A program made the position numbers and the translations under genes. Below, one piece after another: positions 45,802 through 54,856 of a DNA stretch of 64,000 nt. How positions within the stretch are numbered: the stretch's first letter is position 1; each line of letters begins with the position of its first letter. Source of the stretch: an uncultured Candidatus Saccharibacteria bacterium (GTDB taxonomy: Bacteria > Patescibacteriota > WWE3 > UBA101185 > UBA10185); NCBI GenBank assembly GCA_964510435.1, contig CAZEBU010000001.1, forward strand, positions 234,503-298,502, in the 5' to 3' direction. The notes beneath the pieces were generated by a model. The model was given only the letters and a program-made list of their open reading frames with translations, did no database searches and was not told where the DNA came from.

Positions 45802-46914
45802 CTACTCCTCGACCCTGAACTCAGCATCAAGATCCTTCATGGTTTTCTTGAAAGCGCTGTACTCAAGTTCGTCGAAAGGGAGCATAGCTGCGCCCACAAA
45901 GCCCTGCTCACGCATGTAGTCTCCCTTGCGCTGTGCTTTGAGTCTAGTGGCATCCCAAACCGGATTCCCGAACATGTCTACGGGATTGGAAAGTATGCCA
46001 GCTTGGTTAACGGAGTAGGCTAAGCAGGAGACAATGGGTAGGCAATACGAGCCGGTTACCGGTGTACTTATAGCCACAGGCATAACAGGCATGTGGTGGC
46101 TTCCTCGGGCATCGCCTGCTGTGTAATGAGCAGTTGTCCAAGGGCTGACCACTTCTTCGGGAGCAGGGAAGAACTTTTGCACCCGAACAATAGCCACGGG
46201 GTCATCTTTTCCCTTGTACTCCCCGGCAATACTATGAAGTCTGTCGGTTGAGATGGAAACTACCTGTTGTTTTGGGTAGGTGTTGGAGTGGATAGCCTTG
46301 ATGCCAAATTTGTTCTCATCTCTAAGAAGGAAAGCCAGCTCCACGGCCTTGACCTTTCCGTTGAGGACAATCACTCTATCCTTTCCGACATGGTCCATGT
46401 CAATTACCGTAAAGGTGAATCCGGAGAGCATATTCGGGAGCATTAACCCCGCGCAGTACATGGGGTTGGTGAAGACATTCCAGAATGGAAAGTTGAAGAC
46501 ACCAGGACCACACTTATCGGCCGCAAATACTAAGAAGGGTTCGGATTCCCTTTCCTCGGCCTTTTCATCAAAAGTGATCTCGGCGACACCAGGCCCGGCA
46601 CCACGCACATTTCCTGAGGGAGCGTCGACAAGAAGATCCTGACCAGCACCGTATAGACCATCTTTCTTTGCCTCATCCGTGGCTGCTTCAAAAATCCTCC
46701 AGGCTAGCTGGTGAATGTCTTCGTTTAGATCACCATATCTGTGGGACATCAGAAGGCACAGATCATCACCGGTGAACGTCACCCGATGATCGATGAACTC
46801 TGACATCTGCGCATCCTCAAGCATCTCAGAAGCTACTTCGAGCATTCTGTCAGAGGGGCGGGTATGGCCTCCAATGCTACCCACGTCGGCCTTGATGCAA
46901 CTAATTGTAAGCAT
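45802..46914 (-). CDS. Bifunctional fructose-1,6-bisphosphate aldolase/phosphatase (class V FBPase, archaeal-type)
   Basis: N-terminal ISCIKADVGSIGGH motif characteristic of this family. Visibly higher GC than the neighbouring genes. Confidence 0.8.
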   Translation of the reverse strand: MLTISCIKADVGSIGGHTRPSDRMLEVASEMLEDAQMSEFIDHRVTFTGDDLCLLMSHRYGDLNEDIHQLAWRIFEAATDEAKKDGLYGAGQDLLVDAPSGNVRGAGPGVAEITFDEKAEERESEPFLVFAADKCGPGVFNFPFWNVFTNPMYCAGLMLPNMLSGFTFTVIDMDHVGKDRVIVLNGKVKAVELAFLLRDENKFGIKAIHSNTYPKQQVVSISTDRLHSIAGEYKGKDDPVAIVRVQKFFPAPEEVVSPWTTAHYTAGDARGSHHMPVMPVAISTPVTGSYCLPIVSCLAYSVNQAGILSNPVDMFGNPVWDATRLKAQRKGDYMREQGFVGAAMLPFDELEYSAFKKTMKDLDAEFRVEE

Positions 46915-47004
46915 GCTTTTCTCCTTTTCTAATACGTTAACGGATATTTATTTGTCAATATTGCTATAACTAAGATTGGCAAAAAGGAGTATATCAAAAA
47001 AATC

Positions 47005-47784
47005 TCAGGAACGCTTGGACACCAGTATTTTCAATAAGAATAAGAAGAAGATCCCTCCAATGATTGTTTTTACATTTTTGTGGGCAAGTATATCTTCAAG
47101 GTTTTTTAAAAGAATACTTTCTCTTGATATCTTCTCATCTCTACGTATGACCTCTTCTGACGTACCTGCGATCTCTGCTGTTCCCATAACCGTATCCAAT
47201 AATATTGAGTATTCGATTTCTAGTTTAGGGGGAATATTGGTATTACTCGAAAGGAATATTTTTTGGTAACCGGAATTTTTAGCACCTTCCAACTGAAAAC
47301 CAAAAATAACGTTTTTATTATTTGTCCATTCTTGCACTAGATCGGTAAGATTAAACCTGGTGTAACCTTGCAAATCTTCGGCAGCCGTAGGGAATTTATT
47401 ACCGATCGTTTTTGGCCGAGTATTCCAAGTAACTGTAGATTGTTCCCAATCCTCTTGCAGCAACATGGCGCTGAAAGGAACGTCTTTGTCGTCGGATTCT
47501 GGTTTCAAGGCGAGTACAAGGTTAGCCGACTCTATTTTAGCGAGATCCGGTATTTCGGAGAGGTCAAAATCAAGAAAGGTTATGTGTTGCGTACCGCTTC
47601 CTTCGGTATAAGATACGCGAAGGACAGCCAGACTACCTGTAGTTTGATCAGAGTAGCGGTTGGTTAGGGAGACCTCCTTTGTAGGGTTTAGGATTAGAGA
47701 TCCCTCTGCGAATATAGTACGGTAGGAGGTTATGGTTATGAACAGAAAGTAAAATATTACAGTGTAGATTGCTTTTTTTGACAC
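47005..47784 (-). CDS. Secreted hypothetical protein
   Basis: N-terminal signal peptide. Predicted beta-rich. Confidence 0.45.
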   Translation of the reverse strand: MSKKAIYTVIFYFLFITITSYRTIFAEGSLILNPTKEVSLTNRYSDQTTGSLAVLRVSYTEGSGTQHITFLDFDLSEIPDLAKIESANLVLALKPESDDKDVPFSAMLLQEDWEQSTVTWNTRPKTIGNKFPTAAEDLQGYTRFNLTDLVQEWTNNKNVIFGFQLEGAKNSGYQKIFLSSNTNIPPKLEIEYSILLDTVMGTAEIAGTSEEVIRRDEKISRESILLKNLEDILAHKNVKTIIGGIFFLFLLKILVSKRS

Positions 47785-47854
47785 AAGCCAAGTCTACGAT
47801 ATGGCGAGTTTGCTAGTCAAGTTTGGTAAAAAAGAAAGCTCTGGTATTTGGGGG

Positions 47855-48604
47855 TTAGATACCAGAGCCTTGGTTGTTGACTCGAAAGGCGATTGTTTCA
47901 TGTTCCCACTGAGCGTTAGTGACAGTTTTGAAACGTTGAAACCAATCACTTTGTTTTTTTAGACTCTTGTTACGGCCCTTATCTACAAGAAGTAAGGTAT
48001 CCGGGAAGTTAGCTCTCAACATTGCCAGCTGCCACAATATGCGTTCAACAACGGCGATGTCATACCTCCCTCGCGATAGTGCCTCGGTCATATCAGCAGG
48101 AGTTAGGGGAAGTTTGCTGTCAAAAACCACCATGAGAAAGTTCAAATTAAAGCGTTTTCTCAGATGAGCAAGCACGTCTTTAGTAGGAACTGCTTTTTGA
48201 AGCCAAACACACGTTTCTTTTCCACGATACAATTGTTCGTTTGTACTTCTCAGATTAAGGCTCGCACGTAATATTCTGTCAAACCTTAAGAATCGATGGT
48301 AACCCTTAGCCTCAACCCAGTCTGCCTCGGATTGTTCACATGGCCTAGTGACAGGCTTTATCGGACGGTATCCGTTTTGGGTGAGCCCAATAAATATCTC
48401 ATCCGGTGAAACAAGAACCAGTTCACTGCAACCTGAATCTTCAAAAAATGCGGCAACTTCCTCATGACCCTTCCACCTATACGGGTATTTCCTGATATTT
48501 ACTTTGCTAGAAAAACCTTTCTCCAAGGTGGCGATTTGAATATCACGAGGATCGTGTCTTGACCCCCAAAAGACGTCTACAACATCAAACATGCCCATAT
48601 CCAC
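47855..48604 (-). CDS. Hypothetical protein (higher GC)
   Basis: 249 aa with no recognisable motifs. Confidence 0.45.
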   Translation of the reverse strand: MDMGMFDVVDVFWGSRHDPRDIQIATLEKGFSSKVNIRKYPYRWKGHEEVAAFFEDSGCSELVLVSPDEIFIGLTQNGYRPIKPVTRPCEQSEADWVEAKGYHRFLRFDRILRASLNLRSTNEQLYRGKETCVWLQKAVPTKDVLAHLRKRFNLNFLMVVFDSKLPLTPADMTEALSRGRYDIAVVERILWQLAMLRANFPDTLLLVDKGRNKSLKKQSDWFQRFKTVTNAQWEHETIAFRVNNQGSGI

Positions 48605-48986
48605 TCTCCGTTTTCATTATATTATCGACTGTTGCAGGTATTATAGCACATTTCCGGAAATAGGCTATAGGATTACATTGTGCAAATAATTAATGAATAA
48701 TCAATTGAGAATAACCAAAAGACCTAGAATAATTAAGTGGAAAACCTGATGAAATTCGTAAAAATAAAATACTGGGACGAAAAATACTGTGTAGACGAGG
48801 CTGTGCACTAACAAAGGAAAATATTGCTTAGTTTTGTTTATGGCCTCCCAATGAGTTTGAAAAAGCCAATCGGCGATAAGATGTGTAAGGAATAAGAAAT
48901 AGGGCCTCAAATGGTGTTAAGTTCATTTGGGCTTATTCTAACACAACAGCAAATAGTATAATGAGTAGCAAGGGTATTCTAACAAC

Positions 48987-49015
48987 TTGACTCCATACGT
49001 ATTATAGGCTATAAT
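48987..49015 (+). promoter_or_regulatory. Sigma-70-like promoter (TTGACT-17-TATAAT) upstream of the 49064 gene
   Basis: -35 TTGACT at 48987..48992, a 17-nt spacer, -10 TATAAT at 49010..49015. The CDS starts about 49 nt downstream. Confidence 0.45.
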
Positions 49016-49063
49016 GCATGAGTTCTTTGAAAACCCTTGAATCCCTTAAGTGGGTAAGGAAAA

Positions 49064-49894
49064 ATGACAATAAAATCTAAAAAAGAAAATCGAGAATCAT
49101 TATTGAAATCTCTGCAAGAGTGGCACGAGAATCTTGGCATAGAGAATTTCCCCCAAAGGTTTGGTATTACCACCAACGAAAAGAAGTTTAGAGAAATCTC
49201 CTTTAGAGTAAAAAAGAATACCCTAGAAAGCGAAGCAACTGCTGACGATGTAATTGTTAGCAAACAGACGATCTACGGGATGAACCACACCGTTGCAGGG
49301 TATTCGGTAAGTTATAGAGTGTGGTTACCTTCGGATGAGGGTAAGTTTCCGGGATACATTACTGTAAGGTTTAGTCTTTATGTTAGCGTCGTCGCTATTG
49401 TAAAGGTTGGGGATTTCTTTATTGCAGTTGAGCACGACAACTTTCCTCTGCAGGCCAAAGCTATAAGTATGCCAAGAATGTTTGGTGTAACTGAGTCAAA
49501 GGATCTTGATGCGTTGGGTAAACTTCTTATTGAGAAAGAGTACCCTTTTCTGCTCGATAACATAGAATCTTATCGTATAAGGCAGTTAGGGAATACTGTA
49601 TTTCAGGATCCATCCTCTAGATATGAGAAGACGCTGTCACTATTGATCGAACTAACTCTGAAAGAGAATGTGCGATCTAAGGAGGAATTGGCTGGGTATC
49701 TAGACCACCGAAACAAGGAGATGATCTTGCATCATATTTTTCACGATTCAGAAGTGAGAGAGATTTTTAAAAATCAACTGCTTATAAGAGACACAAAAAC
49801 AGTCAGTGAGGACGACAATCTTACTTTTAGAGAGACATATAGCCTTTGGGCTTTAGCTTCATATTACTTTTCTACTGATAAAGATTTTTCGTAA
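49064..49894 (+). CDS. Hypothetical protein
   Basis: 276 aa. Preceded by a consensus-like promoter. Confidence 0.45.
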   Translation: MTIKSKKENRESLLKSLQEWHENLGIENFPQRFGITTNEKKFREISFRVKKNTLESEATADDVIVSKQTIYGMNHTVAGYSVSYRVWLPSDEGKFPGYITVRFSLYVSVVAIVKVGDFFIAVEHDNFPLQAKAISMPRMFGVTESKDLDALGKLLIEKEYPFLLDNIESYRIRQLGNTVFQDPSSRYEKTLSLLIELTLKENVRSKEELAGYLDHRNKEMILHHIFHDSEVREIFKNQLLIRDTKTVSEDDNLTFRETYSLWALASYYFSTDKDFS

Positions 49895-49970
49895 AACAAT
49901 TTAAATATTTTATTTTAGGACCTTTTTTATATTTTATGGTCATTTTTCCAAACAAATAGTAATAGGAATT

Positions 49971-50825
49971 GTGGCTAATCCGATGCAAGACCCAGAAAAG
50001 GAGAGATTCATGACCGAACACGTTTTGGATGTTCATATCCCCAACATCACCGCATACAGTGAAGATTGGGAGGCGAACGACTGGAAAGGAATGCCCTATG
50101 CGGCATTCGAAAAACTGGCGAGGATGTTTCCTGCACCTTGTCAGGAGCTGTATGTTCTGAAGGAGGATGATAGCGGTACGATTAAGACACTACTCATCCG
50201 ACGCCCGGAGTCAGACAAGCATTATGGACTCATGTGGCACAATCCTGGAACAGCGCACCGCTCCACGGATGGTGTCACATTGACCTCGTCACAGAATGTG
50301 GAGGCTATGAGGGCACTTCCAAGGAATGTGTTGTTGGCTGAGCTAGCGAAATCCACATGTGCATTGACCCCTCGTGACAAGGGTCTTCACAGGGTTTTGA
50401 GCGGCGCTGGCATTAGGTTTAGTTCTGAGGATGCCTTTGAGGCACTTGAGAACCAGATCCAGTACGCCGGCCTGACACCATTGGAGCTCACACCTCGTGG
50501 TATCGAGAACGCAGAACTCAACGTGTTGTTCCTTTCTCCCAAGCAAGCGGACAGCATAGAAATTGAGTACAGCGTTCCTGAGGATGAGAGTGAAGAGCCT
50601 GTGCCCGTCACGGGTTGGTTTGATGTCACAGAGCTTTACGACATGGCGCAGAGGGGTGAGTTTATTCAGCATCAGGTGAATCGCTTTGCCATGATGATGG
50701 ACTCCCTTCGAGCCACGTCAGACAACGAGCACCTACCCGTTCTTCGTCGAATCGAACCCCTCAGCTTGCAGGAGCTGCTTGATCAACTTGGGATCGACGA
50801 ATCGGAATTGTCCAAGCCTGTTTAG
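49971..50825 (+). CDS. Hypothetical protein (higher GC) with strong downstream terminator
   Basis: 284 aa, acidic. Terminator at 50861..50900. Confidence 0.5.
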   Translation: MANPMQDPEKERFMTEHVLDVHIPNITAYSEDWEANDWKGMPYAAFEKLARMFPAPCQELYVLKEDDSGTIKTLLIRRPESDKHYGLMWHNPGTAHRSTDGVTLTSSQNVEAMRALPRNVLLAELAKSTCALTPRDKGLHRVLSGAGIRFSSEDAFEALENQIQYAGLTPLELTPRGIENAELNVLFLSPKQADSIEIEYSVPEDESEEPVPVTGWFDVTELYDMAQRGEFIQHQVNRFAMMMDSLRATSDNEHLPVLRRIEPLSLQELLDQLGIDESELSKPV

Positions 50826-50860
50826 CCACGTATTGCACGTTGCTTAGGTAAAGGGCAAAA

Positions 50861-50900
50861 GCCCCTGAAAAATACACATTTTCAGGGGCTTCTTTTTTTT
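50861..50900 (+). terminator. Rho-independent terminator
   Basis: Stem GCCCCTGAAAA/TTTTCAGGGGC with a 7-nt loop, followed by TTCTTTTTTTT. Confidence 0.7.
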
Positions 50901-50934
50901 CGAATATTTTACATTACAGTAGAAATTTGCAATA

Positions 50935-52236
50935 ATGACAGGCGCAAAACACCCTATGTTCACATTTAAAGACTTTAACGTAACTTTTGAAGAAGCAACC
51001 TTATCTAACGGTGTGCCGGTAGTATTGTTTCGAAGAAAGGGTATGCCTATTCATTTACAAATTGCTTTTGCTGCCGGCTCCCGTTTTGATCCTGTGGGTA
51101 AGGAGGGTTTGGCGCATTTTACGGAACATATGATAGTCTCTGGTTCTAAGAAATTCCCAAGCAAGATTAAAATTGCATCTCACGTTGCACAGCTCGGAGC
51201 TGCTTTTGGTGCATCAACATCTAAGGATATTCTAAAAACAAAGTTCGAGGTGGTTGGAAAAGAGGATTTTAAGGAGATCGCTATTCTAATGGAGGAATTC
51301 CTATCAAACTCTTTGTTTGATGAGAACACAATTGAACGTGAGAGGGGAGCAATAATCAGTGAGATTGGTATGCTGGAATCAAGTCCTGCAAGAAAGATAG
51401 GTATTGTAGGAAGAAATTTATACTTCCAGGGTACTAATCTTGCGCGGAATGTTTCAGGAAGTAAGGAGTCAGTAGCTAGTATTTCGAAAGATGATATTAA
51501 AAATTATTACAGCAGCATGTTGGGCTCTAGTCGAGCAGTAATAGTGTTAAGTGGCGATATAGGTATGGGCGATGTGATTGATCAATTAGAGAGTAAGTTT
51601 AAATTAAGAAAGTCGGAAAAATTTAGTTTTGGTGAAATGCTCCCCATTATACGTGAGAAAGCTACTTTAGCTTTAAAATATCCTGGTCAAAACCAAGTTA
51701 GGATAATGTTAGGATTTCGTGTATGTGGAATCAAAGACGAAGATGCACTTCCTTTGGCGGGATTAGCCTCTATTGTTGGTGGTGGTAAGACAGCTGCGTT
51801 GAATAAGAAGCTAAGGTATGAAAAGGGGTTGGTTTATTCCGTCAGTGCATCAATGTGGTCGTTTCCAGATGGAGGTGTTTGGGATATTTATACATCAACT
51901 CCAAAAGAAAAAGTACAGCAAGTTATAGACATAATCTTAGAAGAAATTAAAAGAGTTTCGTCTGGAGAGATAACAGAAGAGGAATTTGTTAAAGACAAGA
52001 AAAGAGTGTTGAAATCAACTAGAAGGAGAATGCAAACATCAAGTGCATGGGTAAGAAGACACATCATTAAGGAGCTCTACGGAGATCACACACGTTATCC
52101 TGATTTTCTAAATAAAATTGATTCACTACAGTTAGTAGACATCAAACGAGTTGGAAAAAAATACTTTAAGCCTGGAACATGGTATTTGGCCATGGCTGGC
52201 GATATTGATGAAGACAGTGTGAAGATAAATTACTAA
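50935..52236 (+). CDS. M16-family (pitrilysin/insulinase-like) zinc peptidase
   Basis: Inverted zinc motif HFTEH followed by downstream Glu residues. Confidence 0.65.
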   Translation: MTGAKHPMFTFKDFNVTFEEATLSNGVPVVLFRRKGMPIHLQIAFAAGSRFDPVGKEGLAHFTEHMIVSGSKKFPSKIKIASHVAQLGAAFGASTSKDILKTKFEVVGKEDFKEIAILMEEFLSNSLFDENTIERERGAIISEIGMLESSPARKIGIVGRNLYFQGTNLARNVSGSKESVASISKDDIKNYYSSMLGSSRAVIVLSGDIGMGDVIDQLESKFKLRKSEKFSFGEMLPIIREKATLALKYPGQNQVRIMLGFRVCGIKDEDALPLAGLASIVGGGKTAALNKKLRYEKGLVYSVSASMWSFPDGGVWDIYTSTPKEKVQQVIDIILEEIKRVSSGEITEEEFVKDKKRVLKSTRRRMQTSSAWVRRHIIKELYGDHTRYPDFLNKIDSLQLVDIKRVGKKYFKPGTWYLAMAGDIDEDSVKINY

Positions 52237-52332
52237 CTACCTACATGCCAAAAAAAAGAAGGATACTTCATCGTATAGATAAAGTATCCTCTTGTTGAAG
52301 TCCCGCGCTTCTTTACAACTAAAAATCGTCAG

Positions 52333-52572
52333 CTAGCTCCTGAGGCTGGCCATCTTCTCCGCAAGCTCTTTAGCAAATCTATGCCTGATGGGGCCTGTCT
52401 CCTCAGGACGACCGCTGGCAAGATGACTAAGCATAGCAACTTCCTCTGCATTTTCCTCTGACACGCCTTCGTCAACAAGTTGGCTCCTCCTGCAGGCAGG
52501 ACAGACGTCGTAAGAGGGATCAAAACCTTGCATTCCGCACATATGACCGGATAGAACTGATGAATCTGACAT
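52333..52572 (-). CDS. Small Cys-containing protein (HxCG...CPAC), possible zinc-finger regulator (higher GC)
   Basis: 79 aa with HMCGM...CPACRR. RBS AAGGAGA at -8. Confidence 0.4.
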   Translation of the reverse strand: MSDSSVLSGHMCGMQGFDPSYDVCPACRRSQLVDEGVSEENAEEVAMLSHLASGRPEETGPIRHRFAKELAEKMASLRS

Positions 52573-52593
52573 AATTATCTGTCTCCTTAAGTG

Positions 52594-52665
52594 GTGGATT
52601 TTTTAAATTATAGCAAAAAAAGAACCGCCGTAAAGTGTGCACGTAAGCACGAAAATACGACGGTT
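52594..52665 (-). repeat. Copy 1 of a conserved intergenic terminator-containing module (minus-strand orientation)
   Basis: GTGGATTTTT...AAAAAAGAACCGCCGTAAAGTGTGCACG...CGACGGTT. On the minus strand this is a hairpin followed by TTCTTTTTTT. Shares more than 40 nt with copies at 54767, 57283 and 58948. Confidence 0.6.
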
Positions 52666-52700
52666 TAGGTTTTGGGTTGGCAACTTAGGGTAGGTTTGGT

Positions 52701-53009
52701 CTACAAGAAGTATTTGCCAGCCATTGAAAGGATCATAGCTACATAGCCAAGCAGCCATGTACCCACTATGCTCCCATCCATTGATTGACCTATTCCGCCC
52801 AAACGCTTAAGGACAACCCTTATAAAAGCAGCGCCAGTAGAAATACCCAATCCAAGTAGGAAGATCCTTTCCAAGTTCGGGTGTGGGTACCAATACGACT
52901 CCCAATATGTGGGAAAGACAAATGTAGGTACCACAAACACTATCATGACCAGCGTGATAATCAGCATTGTGACCGGATCCTGAAGCTTTTGGAACCTCGT
53001 TTGGGACAT
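52701..53009 (-). CDS. Small polytopic membrane protein
   Basis: 102 aa with 3 TM helices. Confidence 0.4.
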   Translation of the reverse strand: MSQTRFQKLQDPVTMLIITLVMIVFVVPTFVFPTYWESYWYPHPNLERIFLLGLGISTGAAFIRVVLKRLGGIGQSMDGSIVGTWLLGYVAMILSMAGKYFL

Positions 53010-53156
53010 TTTCCTCTCCTTCTTCTCTTTCTTATGGATTTGGGTAATTATACACTGTGGTTGGGATTAGGTAAAGTGCTATAGGGTGATGATGTACGAC
53101 ACGAGGTTTTTAAAGTTAACTAGATTTAAAATGTACAAAAAGTCTATACTGGATGA

Positions 53157-53702
53157 ATGGAATCTTGGATAATCACTTTTGGCTACTTTGGACTATTTGC
53201 AGCCACAATAGTAGGTAATGCATCAATTATGTTGCCAGTACCAATCGATGGTCTCGTATTAGCAGCAGCTGGTTTTCTTGACCCTCTAATAGTAACTATT
53301 GTTGCCACTATTGGCAGTTCGATAGGTGAGATGAGCGCGTATTATATAGGGCTTGGGGGGCGGTATGTGGTTACAAAAGGTAGGAGTGACGATGAAAAAA
53401 TCGACGAAAATGATATTGATGATACTAACAAAGCTAAAAAGCCTAAGGTTGACAGTGCTGTTTTAAAAAAGATTGAACGAATTTTGCATAAACATGGCTT
53501 TATAACTATTCCGGTCTTTGCATTTACACCGCTGCCAATAGATCCCTTAGGAATAGTCTGTGGCGGCATAGCCTACAACGTGAAAAAGTTTTTTCTGGGA
53601 GTCCTTATAGGTAAATTTTTTAGGATGCTGGTAATTTCACTTTCCGCGGTATACGCGATAGATTGGATTATAAGTCTGGTTAAGTGGTTTGGAATCAGTT
53701 AA
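53157..53702 (+). CDS. DedA/TVP38-family membrane protein (with an inserted hydrophilic loop)
   Basis: N-terminal GYFGLFAATIVGNASIMLPVPIDG resembles the DedA signature. Confidence 0.5.
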   Translation: MESWIITFGYFGLFAATIVGNASIMLPVPIDGLVLAAAGFLDPLIVTIVATIGSSIGEMSAYYIGLGGRYVVTKGRSDDEKIDENDIDDTNKAKKPKVDSAVLKKIERILHKHGFITIPVFAFTPLPIDPLGIVCGGIAYNVKKFFLGVLIGKFFRMLVISLSAVYAIDWIISLVKWFGIS

Positions 53703-53785
53703 AGATTTACATTACCCACACCCACATATATACTTGTTGGACTCTTTTTATATAACTTATTTCTAATTGAGGAGGTGGATTTTTT

Positions 53786-54190
53786 GTGGAATTTCCAAAA
53801 AACATTGAAGACTTTTTTAGTAAACCTAATTTTATGACCCTATCTGAATTCAACTTGGACGGAACTATCCATTCGACGATAGTATGGTTCGAATATGATC
53901 CTGAAAACAATGGGTTTCGTTTTAGTACAACAGGAGATAGGATCAAACACAGAAATTTGAATAAAGACCCAAGATGCACTTTTGTAATCGCGAATTTAGA
54001 AAATATGTATCAATTTGTTCAAGTTAGAGGAGAGGTAACTGACCAAACCCGTGAAGGTGGTCACGACTTTATTGACAAGTTGGCAAAACATTATATGGGA
54101 AAGGATACATATCCTTTTGACCCGGAAAGAAAAGACGATAGAGTCACTTTTACAATCACCCCCAAAAGCTTTTTCACCATGGGTTTTTAA
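53786..54190 (+). CDS. Pyridoxamine 5'-phosphate oxidase-like FMN-binding split-barrel protein
   Basis: Split-barrel pattern TLSEFNLDGTIHSTIVWFEYD...RFSTTGDRIKHRNLNKDPRCTF typical of the PNPOx-like family. Confidence 0.55.
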   Translation: MEFPKNIEDFFSKPNFMTLSEFNLDGTIHSTIVWFEYDPENNGFRFSTTGDRIKHRNLNKDPRCTFVIANLENMYQFVQVRGEVTDQTREGGHDFIDKLAKHYMGKDTYPFDPERKDDRVTFTITPKSFFTMGF

Positions 54191-54200
54191 GGAGTAAAGA

Positions 54201-54232
54201 AAAACCCCATTCGTGGGTGAACGGGGTTTTAT
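54201..54232. terminator. Bidirectional rho-independent terminator between convergent genes
   Basis: GC-rich hairpin AAAACCCCATTCGTGGGTGAACGGGGTTTT with T runs on both strands. Confidence 0.55.
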
Positions 54233-54248
54233 GTTGTGAGCACAATAG

Positions 54249-54683
54249 CTAGCCTAGATCCAGTGTGTTTATGTATTCCCTGAATACACCGAGTCTTGAG
54301 TCCTTGTGGTCAGACAGGGGTAAGAGGTTTGGATCTGGATTCCCAAGGGCAGTAAGGGTGATACCATCTTTTTCCACCTGCTCACGAGCAATGAAACTCA
54401 GTAGCTCCCTCACAATCCGAGTTGTTGGGTCACTGTAGCTTTGGATCAAGCGTAGGAAAATCCCTCTCAACCTATCGGTAGCTATGTTTTGATCTCTCAT
54501 CATGAGGGGAATCGCAATATCGCATAGGACCCTGATGATGTCACTTGTGCTGAGGAATTTTGTATCCATGGCACTGTGATGTCCTACCAAAACCTTAAGA
54601 TCCTCAACAATATCGTCAGATGTTAGATACCATCCTTTTGCGTAAAGCCAAATATGGTGCCATTTCTGTAGCTCTGTGTTCAT
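54249..54683 (-). CDS. Hypothetical protein (start set at the internal Met with RBS GGAGGTGG; the ORF track extends to 54890)
   Basis: RBS GGAGGTGG 5 nt upstream of ATG at 54683. The upstream part of the long ORF overlaps repeat copy 2 and the 54857..55846 gene. Confidence 0.45.
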   Translation of the reverse strand: MNTELQKWHHIWLYAKGWYLTSDDIVEDLKVLVGHHSAMDTKFLSTSDIIRVLCDIAIPLMMRDQNIATDRLRGIFLRLIQSYSDPTTRIVRELLSFIAREQVEKDGITLTALGNPDPNLLPLSDHKDSRLGVFREYINTLDLG

Positions 54684-54732
54684 ATCCACCTCCTTGATAT
54701 CACTCCGACTCCTCTTATATGGGTTTGCTGAG

Positions 54733-54761
54733 ATACTAGCAGGGATGTGCTTGTGTGTCAA
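54733..54761 (-). promoter_or_regulatory. Sigma-70-like promoter (TTGACA-17-TAGTAT) inside repeat module copy 2, driving the 54249..54683 gene
   Basis: On the minus strand: TTGACA, a 17-nt spacer, then TAGTAT. Lies about 45 nt upstream of the RBS. Confidence 0.45.
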
Positions 54762-54766
54762 AGCTA

Positions 54767-54838
54767 TGGGATTTATGTAGAAAAAAAGAAACCGCCATAA
54801 AGTGTGCTTGTGCACAGCCTCACGGCGGTTTTTGTGTT
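54767..54838 (-). repeat. Copy 2 of the conserved terminator-containing module
   Basis: GGGATTTATGTAGAAAAAAAGAAACCGCCATAAAGTGTGCTTGTG...CACGGCGGTTT. On the minus strand this is a hairpin followed by TTTCTTTTTTT. Confidence 0.6.
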
Positions 54839-54856
54839 GAAAAAGGCATCCAACCC

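Noticed and set aside
48605-49063. Possible ncRNA in the 460-bp AT-rich intergenic region
   Set aside because: No conserved structure or tRNA-like elements are discernible. Only a promoter for the downstream gene and a dubious 69-aa ORF are present.
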